Positions 39,546 through 52,428 of a stretch of 64,000 bases of DNA are shown here, in pieces. The DNA lies in assembly GCA_964016885.1 (NCBI GenBank), contig OZ024740.1, positions 230,888,001 through 230,952,000 on the forward strand. Reading direction: 5' to 3'. The stretch's first letter is position 1. Every line of letters begins with the position of its first letter. The notes beneath the pieces are model-generated. The model was given only the letters and a program-made list of their open reading frames with translations. It had not been told where the DNA came from and ran no database searches. Both the position numbers and the translations under genes were made by a program. The DNA is from Eledone cirrhosa. Its lineage: Eukaryota.

Positions 39546-40987
39546 CCAGGAAGAGCTATGTCCTTCGGAAAAGATGGTGAAAGCAACACCGCGGAGAACA
39601 GCCAACAATACCCGCGACACCAGCTAGCCATTATACATTGCCGGACTCCTTCAACAGGTGTGATGACCTCATTCCAATTTTTAAGAGGAAAATAATCCGA
39701 GGACAGATAACACTGGAGATCTCGATAGCTACTAACAAAAAGGAAGCGGTCAATTTGATGCCGATCATTTTTCTTTCTTTTGATTAAGTACATATTGACA
39801 GAGCAAAGGAACATTAATGCTATATATCCTCTGTGAATCGAAATCATTCCATTAGATTACCATTATTTTTTTTTTTACGCCAACAGTTAACTCTTGATAC
39901 CAAACCGCCCCACATTTTATGATAGAAAAAGGTTTTAAAATATCTTCCTCTTTTATTAAAGACCTTTTGTTATTTCAAACAACCTTTAATGTGAGAGTTA
40001 TATTATTAACCCGTCTTAATTCTTCTTCACTCACTTATTCCTGAGAGCAGAGTACTCAAACACTCCTCCCAGCGGGTCCTGTCAGAAGCAACTGACTCCA
40101 ATTGATCCGACTGGGTTCTCTTGGATGTTATCCAACCATCTTTCTCGAGATCTACTTCCGAGTCTCCCGCCGGTTGGTTTTGCCCGTAAAATCTGTTCAG
40201 CGATTCTTTCCCGAGATTTCTTGATTTAAAATTAATTGAAACACATTGGTAATGCATTTTGTCAGAAATATGGTACTGGAAGGATTAAAAATTCCAACAA
40301 TTTGGTTTTAATGGCAAGTATAAAAAAAGAATTAGCTTCAACTTTAGAACAAAAAAAAAGTTTTAAATGCCAAATTAACAGGATACGGTACAACCTTGAA
40401 AAAAATTAACGCTTAATTAAACCGAGTTCGATCAACGAAACCGCTTGCTCGTAAAATTAACATGTAAATTAATACTCTAGTTCAGGAATAAGTGAGCGAA
40501 GACCAAGTTATTCTGATAGAGAACGGGTTACAGGTGGTGAATAGCGATACGGTCACCAGATACGATAGCTGCGATATAAGCGCTTACGTGCTGGCTGAAT
40601 AAGCAATCTCAGACAAACAGCGGTGAACTACTAGGGTAGATACAGCAATGGGTGACTCCTGTAGCCCCCCAAAAAAACTCTTAGAACCCAGTGACGTAGC
40701 TACGACAATGCGAGTAAAAGCCGCCTCTAAAAAACAAAGCCTGATTTTCGCGGGTCTAAGAAAAGTACCAGATTGGTGTCTGGCGCGAATAAGACTACCA
40801 AAAGCACTGCAATATGGTTAGAGGCAACAGTACTATCTATCATAAGTTTTTAAAACATTACCAATCGCATAATCACAGACTTATATTAAAGTATTTCATA
40901 GAACTTGTTAATTTCTGAAACAGAGCGCGTATAAAATAAGGCGTTCAAAGGTTAGAAATGTCTTTATTTTCAAAATATACAGTTGCG

Positions 40988-41034
<47 letters not shown>

Positions 41035-41047
41035 GTATGTGTGTGTG

Positions 41048-41240
41048 TGAGAAATAGAGAGAAAAAGAGAGAGAGAACGAGAGAGAGAGAGAACGAGAGA
41101 GAGAGAACGAGAGAGAGAGAACGAGCGAGAGAGAGAACAGAGAGAGAAAGAGAAAAAGAGAGAAAAGAGAAAGATAGAAAAAGAGATAGATAGAAAAAGA
41201 GAAAGAGAGGGAAAGAGAGAGATAGAAGGGAGAGGGAAAG
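41048..41240. repeat. (AG)n/purine-rich simple repeat
   Basis: Direct inspection. Confidence 0.9.
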
Positions 41241-41392
41241 ATATTAAAAAATGTACACGTGTATTAAAAAAAAAAAAAATGGTTGAACTTTGTAAAAACA
41301 AGAAAATATGACATGAAAACATTTTACAAAAAAAGTTTTTTTCCAACCAAAAAATAAGTTTTTTTCCATATGTCACAAATGAAAACATTCGT

Positions 41393-43183
41393 TTATTGTT
41401 TTATTTTTTCTTCCCAACTGTTGATTTTCTCTGGCACATTATAATATTTAGAACAATAGTCTAACTGGTAATTTAGTTTTGATTTATGTACATGTTCATT
41501 CACATTCTTCTCCCATTTATCAACTTGATATTTAACATATTCTTTGGAAGAACTCAACGTTCGGTTAGTTGGTGCTATATATATATTATTTTCTAAACTT
41601 TTAGAACTAATTTTGTCAGATGAAAGCGAAATTCCTGCATCTAAATTATCACTATAACGTTCGTTAAGTTTCAAGTAGGGCATTGTAGATGCAGCTTTAT
41701 ATAGTGGGAAGCTTTTACGCCTGGAAGGCGAAGCATCTTTCATTTCACCGTTTTCGAAGAAATTTCTCTCAACATTAAAATATTCTCTTGTTGCTGATGG
41801 CACAAAGCTACTATCCGGAGAAGGACGCTTAAAAGACAATGTTTGGGGGACACTTATCTGCCGGCGCAAATATACAAGGTTATTAATCCCTTTTGAATGA
41901 TTTCCAATATCTGAATTACTAGTCTGGGCATTCTCGATTTTTAATGAAGTATCTTTAAGCTGTAACTTTTCTTCACTGGCCGAGTTTTGTAATGGCGTCT
42001 TTTCGTCATTTAATCTGCTGCGAATTTCTCTCAAATCAACTGGTCTTTTGATCAGTAAAAAAACATCTTCCATTTCACCGTTTTCAAAGCAATCTTTCTC
42101 ATCAAGTTGTCCTCTTGTTGCTGATGCCACAAAGCTACTGTTCATATCAAAATGTTCCGAAAAAGTTAATTTTTCCGGAGAAGAACGTTTAAAAGACAAT
42201 GTTTGGGACACACTTCTCTGCCGGCGCAAATATACAAGGTTGTTAATACTTTTTAAATGATTTCCAATATCTGAATTACTAGTCTGGGCATTCTCGATTT
42301 TTAATGAAGTAACTTTAGGCTGTAACTTTTCTTCACTGGCCGAGTTTTGTAATAGCGTCTTTTCGTCATTTAATTTGTTGCAGATGTATCTCAAATCATC
42401 TGGTCTTTTCAGCAATAAAAATGCTTTACTGATCTTACTTCTTTCTGAACTAAGCGAGCTAATGGTTCTTCTACGTAAATTCTTCAAGTTAAAACAATTG
42501 GAGTTAATATTTTTTGAGGATGAAAAATTTTCAAAATACTTAATTAAAAATTTGACTGTATCTGATTTAATCATTGTCATTTTTTTATTGTCAGCTGCGT
42601 CATTACTATTAAATATTTTACGACTCACCGATTTTTCGTTCTTCAAAACTGTACAAATTTTTGTAGTAGTACTTTTTAACGAGTCGTTACTAATGTTTAA
42701 TTGTTGCTGGTTGAGTGTTTTAGATTGCTCCGAGTATCTAGTTTCTGAAACATCCGGAGTGCTTAAATTTATTTGAGAATTGTTCAAATTATATTCACAC
42801 ACAAGTCTCGTTCTCAAAACCATAACTGTCTCAAAATGATGAAAATTCAATCTTCTTCGATGTGTTTTAGTCGCTAGCCCGTTGCTAAAACATTCTTTAA
42901 TTTCACGCCTGACAAGAAAGTTATCTTGTGGAAAAATATTGCCGTTCATGTAATGTTTCTCCACAAAGTGCTGTGAATGTTTGTCCCATGGAAGACGATT
43001 GCCAAAACATTCTAAACAGACGCAACAAAAGCTAAAAATGTCGGATTTTAAAAACGACTGCTTCTTTAGTAGAGTTTCTGGTGCCATCCATCTCCAAGAA
43101 TCGGCAGACGGCCATTTCTGTTCTCTTCCTTTAACGTGCATATATTCAAAATTACTTAACCTCACAGAGTAAGTATCCATTAT
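41393..43183 (-). CDS. TEX14: TEX14-like inactive kinase, last exon (kinase C-lobe plus long Ser/Lys/Asn-rich tail)
   Basis: Acceptor tttctag before 43183; IMDTYSVRLSNFEY...WRWMAPETL...KSDIFSF...LPW resembles TEX14 ARLTNLEY...NWAAPEV...KSDIYSF...IPW; 596 open codons. Confidence 0.8.
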   Translation of the reverse strand: MMDTYSVRLSNFEYMHVKGREQKWPSADSWRWMAPETLLKKQSFLKSDIFSFCCVCLECFGNRLPWDKHSQHFVEKHYMNGNIFPQDNFLVRREIKECFSNGLATKTHRRRLNFHHFETVMVLRTRLVCEYNLNNSQINLSTPDVSETRYSEQSKTLNQQQLNISNDSLKSTTTKICTVLKNEKSVSRKIFNSNDAADNKKMTMIKSDTVKFLIKYFENFSSSKNINSNCFNLKNLRRRTISSLSSERSKISKAFLLLKRPDDLRYICNKLNDEKTLLQNSASEEKLQPKVTSLKIENAQTSNSDIGNHLKSINNLVYLRRQRSVSQTLSFKRSSPEKLTFSEHFDMNSSFVASATRGQLDEKDCFENGEMEDVFLLIKRPVDLREIRSRLNDEKTPLQNSASEEKLQLKDTSLKIENAQTSNSDIGNHSKGINNLVYLRRQISVPQTLSFKRPSPDSSFVPSATREYFNVERNFFENGEMKDASPSRRKSFPLYKAASTMPYLKLNERYSDNLDAGISLSSDKISSKSLENNIYIAPTNRTLSSSKEYVKYQVDKWEKNVNEHVHKSKLNYQLDYCSKYYNVPEKINSWEEKIKQ

Positions 43184-43923
43184 CTAGAAATAAAACATGA
43201 ATAATGAAAGACAACTATTTCATGATTTAGTTACCTTGTGCCAAATTAAAAAAATCCGATTTTGTCTATTTGGTGCAAGGAAGCCCACCCACCCCCAGCT
43301 GTAAAAATCACACCAAAAAGATGGAAGGTATGGACAAGAGGATGCCCCTCCTCCCTGACCTATCTGGTGTTGGACCATGACAACCAGTTAAACCCATGCC
43401 AGTATGGAAAGCGGACGTAAGATATAAACGAAACCAGCAAAGCAAGGTAAATGAAGAGGGTTATGTTGCTAAAGAATAGCACTAAAATACATTTTCAAAT
43501 CATAAACGTTTCAAAACTATATTTTTTAATAATGGTTTCTGATTTACGCACAAGGACAACCATTTTATCGACCCCGTAAGGATGAAAGGCAAAGCTAACC
43601 AAGACGAGATTTGAACTCAGACACGTAAAGGGGCGTAACTATATGCCGCAAGCTTGTCCAATGCTCTACTGATTACTGTCAATCCTAAAAATATAAATAG
43701 AACAACTTTATTTTAGATGCGGCACTTAATTCTTTGTCAAATATTTATAATTTCATCTTAGGTTTGTTTCACCGAGAGCCGGAATAAGTTTCTTATGCCA
43801 CTCACGATTTTTTTTAAAAGGCAAAATCCTATATTAAAATAAAATAAAAACCCAATGAAAATATTTCTCTACATATTTTCGTGCAAACAGGAATGCATAC
43901 GTACTCGTAAATGTTACACGGAT

Positions 43924-44143
43924 ACTCCCTGGTCTCGAATAATGCCCCTACCCCCTCACTAAATTTCGTTTATCTCCAGTAAAATTTTATTTTAAGTGGT
44001 AGCATTCCTGAGACAATTTTCTAAATGGGATGGGTTGGGGTCTCAACATGTAAACTAAACGACAAATTAAAAAAAAAAAAAAAAATCAACCGAGACAACC
44101 TAGAAAAATTCACGCGCCTCCCTATTATTTGAGACCCGAGAGT
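43924..44143. mobile_element. TA-flanked MITE; truncated same-orientation copies at 46620-46888 and 47440-47745
   Basis: TIRs tactccctggtctcgaataat / attattttgagacccgagagta; shared internal ttattttaagtggtagc and ggatgggtt. Confidence 0.7.
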
Positions 44144-44593
44144 ACACAGATTTTTTAAAATTCACTTATTTACTAGTTTTTTAATACATCGGACTTAGTT
44201 TCACTTTCATATAGAATGCTCATAGGAATACGCCGTTGTATTCACTTTTTGAACTATGGACTGACCGTTGCTATATAGATATACCGTTGCTATATAGATA
44301 TACCGATAAAAACCTATGAAGTCACCAAAGTAGATCTAGTCTAAAACTTCTAAATATAGTTCATAACTTTGTGAAATGACTGAGTTAAGGAAAGAGAAAG
44401 TGTCTTTTTAGATAGATACGTAGCTATAACGTCGCGCCCTTATATCTGTATCACGACAGTGCGCGCGCGCGCGTGTGTAACGTTTTTCGAAATATTTACT
44501 GCTGCGTTCACAGATTGATTTTTTTTTTTTTAGTTTCAGAAGATCCCGTTAAGGGTGAAAGCAGCGATTCTTCGCTTAAACTTTAATCTGTTA

Positions 44594-44624
<31 letters not shown>

Positions 44625-44625
<1 letters not shown>

Positions 44626-45026
44626 CTCATGTAGTTATTTTTGCATACTCAAAAGCAAAATATAAACAAACGTATTTATTTCACGTAATTAGCGATAAGG
44701 ATAAATATATATCAAATATATAAGAACCCTAGAGCAAATATTGTTCTCATTGCTGACGAGGCAGAAGGGGATATACACGATTGGCTGAAGAAGGACGAGA
44801 CTGTTAGTAGTACGACCAACGGCTGTTATCACACCAACAACAAAAACAACAAAAAAGAGAGGGAACGCAATTACATGCTTTTGAAAAATCTTATTGGAAA
44901 ATTATTTGCCTACTTCACTTTTTATTAGGACTTCTGCATCAATTGAACATACGAAACTTTCAGAAGGGAGGGATAAACAAGCCAATCTATGTTTAGAATA
45001 CCGAGCAACGCCGGGCCATTCTGCTA

Positions 45027-45076
<50 letters not shown>

Positions 45077-45869
45077 GTGTCTGTGTCTCCCTAAAACTCG
45101 AGAACCACCCAACCAATTTTTTTCAAACTTTACACATGTAATACTTATTTATGGTCGTGTGGGTGTTTTGAGCAAAAAATATTTCAAATGTTCAATGCAT
45201 AGAGACCGCATTAGGCGAAACACCGCATATTTTAGGCTTTAAAGGCTTTTTTTGAGGCATAACGGAACAATAATCCAGGCGATTTCTTCCAAATTTGCAT
45301 TACTTATGTCGTTTAAAGTGTTTTGAGCAAATAAGATTCATTTTTTGCCCCAGGGACCGCATTAGGCGAAAAACCTATTTTTTTAAAGCATTCTGGTTGC
45401 GTTAGGGTCTGTAACTCGAGAAGTACCCAACCGATTTTTTAAAAACTTTACATATGCATTTATGTTTCACAAATTTTCTTGACTGAAAAAGACTTCAAAT
45501 TTTTGCCCGGGGACCGCATTGTTTAGCATTTTGGTTGCGTTAGGGCCTGTAACCTTAAAAGTATCGAACTAAATTCCTTCATGCTCTCCACCACAGCAGT
45601 CCCACATGTTTACTGTTCTGTAACTATTGCTTTCATTGTACCATAGCACAACAAATACATGTTCGGTTTGTCGAATGCCTTTTTACTTAACCCTATCGTC
45701 TTGGCTTCTCTCAGGCACCCAATTAAGTTAAACCCCGACGAATTTTTCTTCATAGGCACAAAATGTAGACCAACCCGAGGCCGAGGTATTCCGTATTTCT
45801 CTGTACTGTTTCAGAAAACATGCCAATCTATGTTTAGAGTCCCGAGCAACGCCGGGCCATTCTGCTAGT
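44625..45869 (+). mobile_element. Two tandem non-autonomous Helitron-like elements (3' ends at 45028 and 45869)
   Basis: Identical 3' terminus ccgagcaacgccgggccattctgCTAGT (hairpin plus CTAG-T); internal sub-repeats aactcgagaa.acccaacc.atttt. Confidence 0.75.
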
Positions 45870-46909
45870 ATATATATAAATTATGCATACAAACTAATCG
45901 AGGAGAGATAAGAGATTAGTTATGAGAATTATATGCCAGTTGTGAAGGGAACAGTGTTCTCAATGTGTATTAGATGCAAGACAAGCAAACTGAGTAAGCT
46001 TGAGAAATAATGTCAAGCAAAAAATTGTATAAGAGCTTTAATATAGAAATTAAATGTTATAGAAAATAATACCGAATTCTTGAACAAATATATTTAATGG
46101 CTAACAATTGTTTCGGAAACCATATCAGTATTCTCATACAGTTGATAATTATCGATTATGAAATCCTATATATATATTATTACAAAGGCTATGACAAAGT
46201 ATTACAAATTAATAGTCGGGTTATTTAGTGTAAATTATTAGCAGAATTTTGGATAAGCACACCATTATAATTTTTTTTAATGCAATTTTCTCAGATTTCC
46301 TTGTTTTAAACAGATTTCAACTCGTTCTAACGACCCTGCCAATTCATCGCCTTTACAGTAAGAGAGGAACAGGAAAATTCCGTGTTTAAAACAGAAATCA
46401 GAACAAAAATACAATAAAGTTAGTCGGTTAAATGGTGTACTTATTTCAAAGCAACACCTAATTATCCCCATTCTACGGAGTTTTCCTGTTCCTCTCTTAC
46501 TGTAAAGGCGGCAAATTGGCAGAGTCGTTAGAACGCCGGATAGAATGTTTTGCGGCATTTGTTCTGGCCTCTAATCCGAGTTCAATTCCCGCTGAGGTCA
46601 ATTTTGCCTTTCAAATTTTGTTAATCCATCTCCATCGAAATTTTATTTTAAGTGGTAGCAATCCTGCGATAATTCATTTTCTTTAGACATTCAAAACATT
46701 ATACATGACAAAAGAAAAACATTACAAGAAATCCCATACGTTATAAAATAAATAGGATGGGTTTGGGGGGGTCTACGTAAACTCAGCGACTAATTCTGGT
46801 TTTTAAAAATCAACGGAGACAACCTAGAAAAATTATCGATTCCCACCCCCTTATTCCTCCTCCTCCCCTATTATTTGGGACCCCAGTAAATATTATTTGC
46901 AGTACTCAC

Positions 46910-47227
46910 CTGGATAGCATGAGACGTTAAATTTCCATGTATTAAATCATTTCTGTGTAAATATTTCAATGCGTAATATATCTGACGGGAAAATATGAAA
47001 ATATTTATTTCTGTAAAGATAGTTCTGTTTTTATGGAGACAGCTATATAACGAGCAATAAAGTACGCTGCCATTAAGATACCACGTCTCAGTTCGGAGTG
47101 TATCAGTGTATTTTATTTGACATATGGATAAGATTAGCATCTTTCCTTGTTGAACAAGTTGTCGTATTGTAATATCTTCTTCAGCTATCGGTAATAGGCA
47201 TCGACGACATCGTTCAATTACAGATGG
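46910..47227 (-). CDS. TEX14: TEX14-like pseudokinase, internal exon (318 nt, phase 0-0)
   Basis: Acceptor ttcatttcctttcag, donor CAG/gtgagt; ...SLYSCLH...QIYYALKYLHRNDLIHGNLTSHAIQ joins in frame to 43183. Confidence 0.8.
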
Positions 47228-48679
47228 CTGAAAGGAAATGAAAAATGTATAACTGGTATATCGTATAAAATAAGATTTCGTTATCAATGTTTGGGTATCA
47301 TTGAATAAAAATATCTCGTTTAGACTAATTGATAATGTGTTTATATTTTTTCAACAGTTCTCTCTTGCCTGCACATGCATTCACATCATTTATATTAAGG
47401 ACATAACTGTAAAACAAATCATGACCAAATCGTATTTACATGCTCTCGGGTCTCGAATAATCGCATCCCCCGTACTTATTCCACCACCAACTCCGCTTAT
47501 TAAATTTTGCTAATCAATCTCCAGCGAAATCTTATTTTAAGTGGTAGCCTTTCTACGATAATTTATTTTCTTCAGAAAAAAAAAACAAAAAAACAAAAAC
47601 ATACATGACAATAGAAGAACATTACAAGAAATCTCATCCGTTAAAAACTAAATAGGATGGGTTGGGGGGGGGGGGGGGGTCTCAATGTGTAAACTAAACG
47701 ACTAATTATGGTTTTTAAAAAATCAAGGGAGATAACCCAAACAAATGAACTACATTAAATAATTGTTTCTACTTTTGGCAGAAGGCCAGCAATTATCTCA
47801 GTGTATTACTGGTACTTTATTTTATCGACCCCGTAAGGATGAAAGGCAAAGTTAACCTCGGCGGGATTTGAACTCAGACCATAAAGGGCCGTAACTCTTT
47901 GCTGCAAAGCATGGCGTCCGACCCTCTACCGATAGTACCAATCCACTAAATAATGCTTCTAATATAGGCAGAAGGCAGCGAATTGGCCGAGTCGTTAGAA
48001 CATCGGATAGAATGCTTCGTTGTATTCGTTCCAGCTTTCTGCGTTTAAATCTCGTTGAGGCCAACTTTGCCTTTCATCCATTCAAGGTTGATTAAAAAAA
48101 AGTACCAGTCTAGTACTAGGGTCGATTCTTCCTCTATTTCCCTCTCACTTTCTATCCTTCTCTGGAAGAAATCTGTTGCAGTCATGCATGGAAAGGAATG
48201 GGCTCCACCAGGCTTAAAATGCCCCCAAAACACCGTATGTTAATACGGCGCCCCTACGACTCCATCAGGAGTTACGGGGAAAATAGAGGCAGAAGGCAAA
48301 AAATGTATGGGCCTAGTGTATTTATATTTCCAGATTTGAAATACTAGCGGAACATTGAGAAAATGTAACTAACGATGGAGCAGAGTAAACGATAAAATTA
48401 AACATAGGAAGTATGTTTCGAACGCGGCAAGCGAAGTTTAGAATTTAAATAGAAATAACTGACTAATTAATTGTTTCTACTTTTGGCACAAATCCAGCAA
48501 TTTCCCAGTACATTACTGGTACTTTATTTTATCGACCCCCGTATGGATGAAAGGCAAAGTTAACCTCGGCGGAATTTGAACTCAGATCGTAAAGGGACGT
48601 AACTATGCTGGAAAGCATGTCCGACCCTCTACCGATACTGCCAATTCACCTAATGGGGAGTATAAAACCAATGAACAGA

Positions 48680-49195
48680 AAAAGGTAGGTATCAACACGT
48701 GTGCTGATACCCATCCTTTTCCGTTCTGTGGGTTTCGCCGTAGGCGAATGACTGATTTCGCACCTAGAAAATTCCCCTCTGAGACAAGCCTGGGCTAGGT
48801 GTGTTTGTGGAAGACCAGCAACCGCCGATTCATACCAACAGTGCCAGATTTAGGACAAATGAGGCTCCATACTTGGGCCCTGAAGGAGGTAAACATTGGG
48901 GTGAGTGGGGAGAGGAAGATGGGCCTCCTCTTGGCCAACGGGGCCCTATGCTTAAGCACAACGATAAATCCGGCGCTGCCTAACAGCTTCCCCTCTCCAC
49001 CGATATTGTCCAAGGGAACGGCAATGGCCGATATAGCTTGGCACCAGTGACGTCACAATTCATTTTTACAGCTGAGTAAACAAGAGCAACGTGAAATAAA
49101 GTGTTTTGTACGAGAACACAACACACCGCCCGGGACTCAAATTCACAACCTTAGGATTGTGAGTTCAACGCTCTAATCTCTAAGCCACGCGTCTT
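48680..49195 (-). mobile_element. tRNA-derived SINE with Deu/Nin-like central domain
   Basis: tRNA-like head at 49195 (gtggcttagagattagagcg...ttgagtcccgg); body gtgccaagctatatcggcc...cccttgga...gctggtcttccacaaaca. Confidence 0.55.
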
Positions 49196-49325
49196 CATTC
49201 ATTATTAGACTACATTTAGTCAATGTTATGACGAAGCTTCTATTTCTATGATATAATTAAAGCTTTTCGCCAGTGGTCATTTTGAATAGAATGCTTCAAT
49301 TGAATCGTTTAAAACTTTCATTTAC

Positions 49326-49439
49326 CTGTTTCATTTCAATCTTGTTTCCAAATTGCTTATTTGAAGTTACTATTTCTTTAATTCCTGAAGAATATGAAGC
49401 TAAACTTAACTTTCCAGCTCCAGGTTGCTCGTTCCTCAT
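49326..49439 (-). CDS. Probable first coding exon portion of the TEX14-like gene (exon 49326-49505)
   Basis: Acceptor ttttaattttag before 49505; donor CAG/gtaaa after 49326; frame matching the next exon gives MRNEQPGAGKLSLASYSSGIKEIVTSNKQFGNKIEMKQ, with an in-frame TGA upstream of the ATG. Confidence 0.5.
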
Positions 49440-50727
49440 TTCCGATAAGTGAATAATTTTGACACGATTCTCTGAACTGGCGAAAATGTTTCTTAATCAC
49501 CAACCCTAAAATTAAAACAAAATTAAGAAACAAATGCAAAATGAAGTAGTACAGTAATAATAAATGATTGATAAGTTTCAAAGACGAAAAATATCCTACA
49601 AACATAAAAACAATACCTTGTATGAAGTTGAATGTCTTTAGTTTTTTTTTTTTTTCAAAAGCTTCACCATTATGTTAAAAAGGATAATCAAATTGTATTT
49701 CAAGTAAATGTGTAGGCAATTTAAAAAATAAGCAAATGACGCGGTTAACGTATTTAGGAAAACTAAAATTGCATAAACAAATTTAAGAAATATTTTACCC
49801 AATAATTCCAAACTATTCATTTATATGTTCGAACTAAATAAAAAGAAAAGAAAAGAACGTTTCTTTATTGTTTAAAATACGTCAATTTCAGTTTGTAATA
49901 ATGAAGGTAAAAATATTGATTTTCGGATCGAAAAAAAATAAGGCTCAGAAATATTCACTTACGGTATTTTTCAAACAGCCACTTTCTTTTAAAAAACTTA
50001 TGAAATCATTGTTTCTTTGATCGTTTATATATAGCTTCAACTTTTTACTGGTCGATGGCGAAATAACAAATCAGAGAGCAATACGATCGATCACATTATT
50101 GGATACTCATAAATTATGCAAATATATACATATGTATATATAAAATGTATTTTGTCTTTGATACAGCTGTATTTGACACAGAATATTCATTGAAGAATTG
50201 CATTTTTTAACAATTTTTAGAACTTGGTTTACACTAAACTGTTTGCCATTGAACCTGAAATTTGGAACATAGTAAATCAACAAGACGACATCAACCATTT
50301 CATTAAATAAAGTAAGTTTTATTTTGATTTGTTTAATACCGCCACTTCAGCTATAAAAATATAGAATCAAAACGAAAGAAACTATCAAGTCAACACTGTC
50401 ACTCAATTACACGCCACAAGGCAAGGTGAGAGAGGGTAACAATTATTCTAACAAGGCTTGCTTGTGTTTCCAGAAGTTTTCAATATCAAGGCCATGCAGT
50501 GGCATATTGCTGGGGGTGCGTGGCAGTGCAGATACGCCCCCAAAAGTTGTTGGAAAATTCTTAAATTTTCAAAAAATATTGTATACTTTGCTCTTTTATT
50601 TTAATTACATGAAACAATAAAATATGTACAATACAATAATGAATAAAGATGTCATAATAATGATTGGCTTGCATAAATATTTTTGTCGGAAAATTATGAA
50701 TGTCCAAAAGTGACAGGAACAATTATG

Positions 50728-50758
<31 letters not shown>

Positions 50759-51039
50759 AAAAAAAACAAAAAAAAAAAATGATAGGAGCAATACGCTTAT
50801 GAGGTGATGTCGAGTTACCATTAATTTTGTGGTTCACAGCTGAATAAATAACATTTCAAATTATTCACAATTCTTTCAAAATGAAAATATAAACACATTT
50901 AATAAATACTATCAAATATTGTTAGGAACCTTACAAACACAACGTACTAAACTATACGATCAAAATGAGAGAAAGAGAAAGAAAAAAAAGGAAACAAAAA
51001 TGACTATCAATTCACCAAGTGTGACAATCGGCTGCACAC

Positions 51040-52050
51040 CACAAGGGTCAACGGAAATTTTTGAGGCAAGCCAACGCACTAGCAGCATTACTGCGGGTGA
51101 TGGCGAGGCTCAGGCGCTGAAACAACTAGGCATGAGCATCACCTGATATCTCGATAAGGTGAGTCACCAACGATGACAAGAACTTCGCTGCCTATCTCCA
51201 CCAAACGTCTCGAAAGCCCCAGGCTGGAAAAAAAATTGTTTGATAGTTTCCGTACTCCTTGCTTCTTTCCTTTTACTTAAAAAATGAAAAAATAAAAACT
51301 ATGATATCGATTGTCAAACACGTTGTTGCCAGATTTTTCATTTTCTCTAATGTTTCCATTTCACTCTGATCATCCATTTATGGATACTAATGACCACGAA
51401 AGTTCAAACGATTGACTGTCTTTATCATTGTTATCGTTGTTGTGTGGCCACAGTTCAGTTCTGATCGTACAGATCTTATCGTTTAACAATAAGGAATAAT
51501 AATTACTAATCGATAGAACGTTTGTTCTAACTCTTTAAAATATCAAGAAATATCTGTAGATTATTTTTTCCCAGTCTGTGATGATTGAGAGATTTTTGGG
51601 GGAGAGCTTGGCTGCAGACAATGAAGTTCTTGTCATCATTGGTAGATCGCCTTACAGAGGAATTAGGTAATGCCCGTGAGGGTGCTTGGTTGTTCCAGCA
51701 CCTTAGCCTTGCTATCACTCCTGGCCTTACTGAGGTGTCGGATCATGCTCCAGGTGAGGGTGCTTCATTGTTCCAGTAGCCTTGCTATCATCCAGCCATA
51801 TCTGCTTGGTTATTCTAGCACCTTAGCCTAGCTATCACTTGGCCTTTCCGAGGTATTAGGTGATGCCTGTGAAGCTGCTTGGTTGTTCCAGCGCCTTAGC
51901 CGCCATTATCCGGCCTTTCTGATTTATTAGGTAATGCTTGTGGGGGTGCTTGCTTATTCCTGTGGCAATGCCGAGAGTGTGTTGGCTTTCTTTAAAAATT
52001 ATTCGATGGAAACCCTAGTGCCCCTTTTGTGCTGTGTGACTGAGTGTACA
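51040..52050. mobile_element. Divergent pair of CRE-like LINE 3' ends (51040-51250 minus; 51550-52050 plus with internal reiterations)
   Basis: KFLSSLVDRLTEELGNAREGAWLFQHLSLAI...GNAESVLA; tgcttggttgttccagcaccttagcc repeated about 4-5 times. Confidence 0.65.
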
Positions 52051-52134
52051 GGTCTTCTCCCCTTCCTTTTTTTTTCTTTATCATTCCCCATCTTTCTTTC
52101 TTTTTTAATGCTGTATATAACTGCATATAGAAGT

Positions 52135-52428
52135 GCGTAGCCGCGGCGTGGTTAGGGTATTGGACTTACGATCATTAATGTCCCTTGGCAGTATCGGTAG
52201 AGGGTCGGACGCCATGCTTTCCAGCATAGTTACGTCCCTTTACGATCTGATTTCAAATCCCGCCGAGGTTGACTTTGCCTTTCATCCTTACGGGGTCGAT
52301 AAAATAAAGTACCAGTAATGCACTGGTTAATTGCTGGCCTTGTGCCTAAAGTAGAAACAATTAATGTCCCTGGGCTGGATTGTGTGGTGTTTTTGAGCAA
52401 AACACTTCATTTCACGTTGATCCAGTAT
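52135..52428 (+). mobile_element. CORE-like SINE head interrupted by a Meta-like SINE with 12-bp TSD
   Basis: TSD attaatgtccct at 52174-52185 and 52360-52371. Confidence 0.8.

Noticed and set aside
44750-44800. CTGACGA and CTGAAGA motifs, also CTGACGA at 59953
   Set aside because: No properly placed helix II-GAAA-NUH, so not called hammerheads
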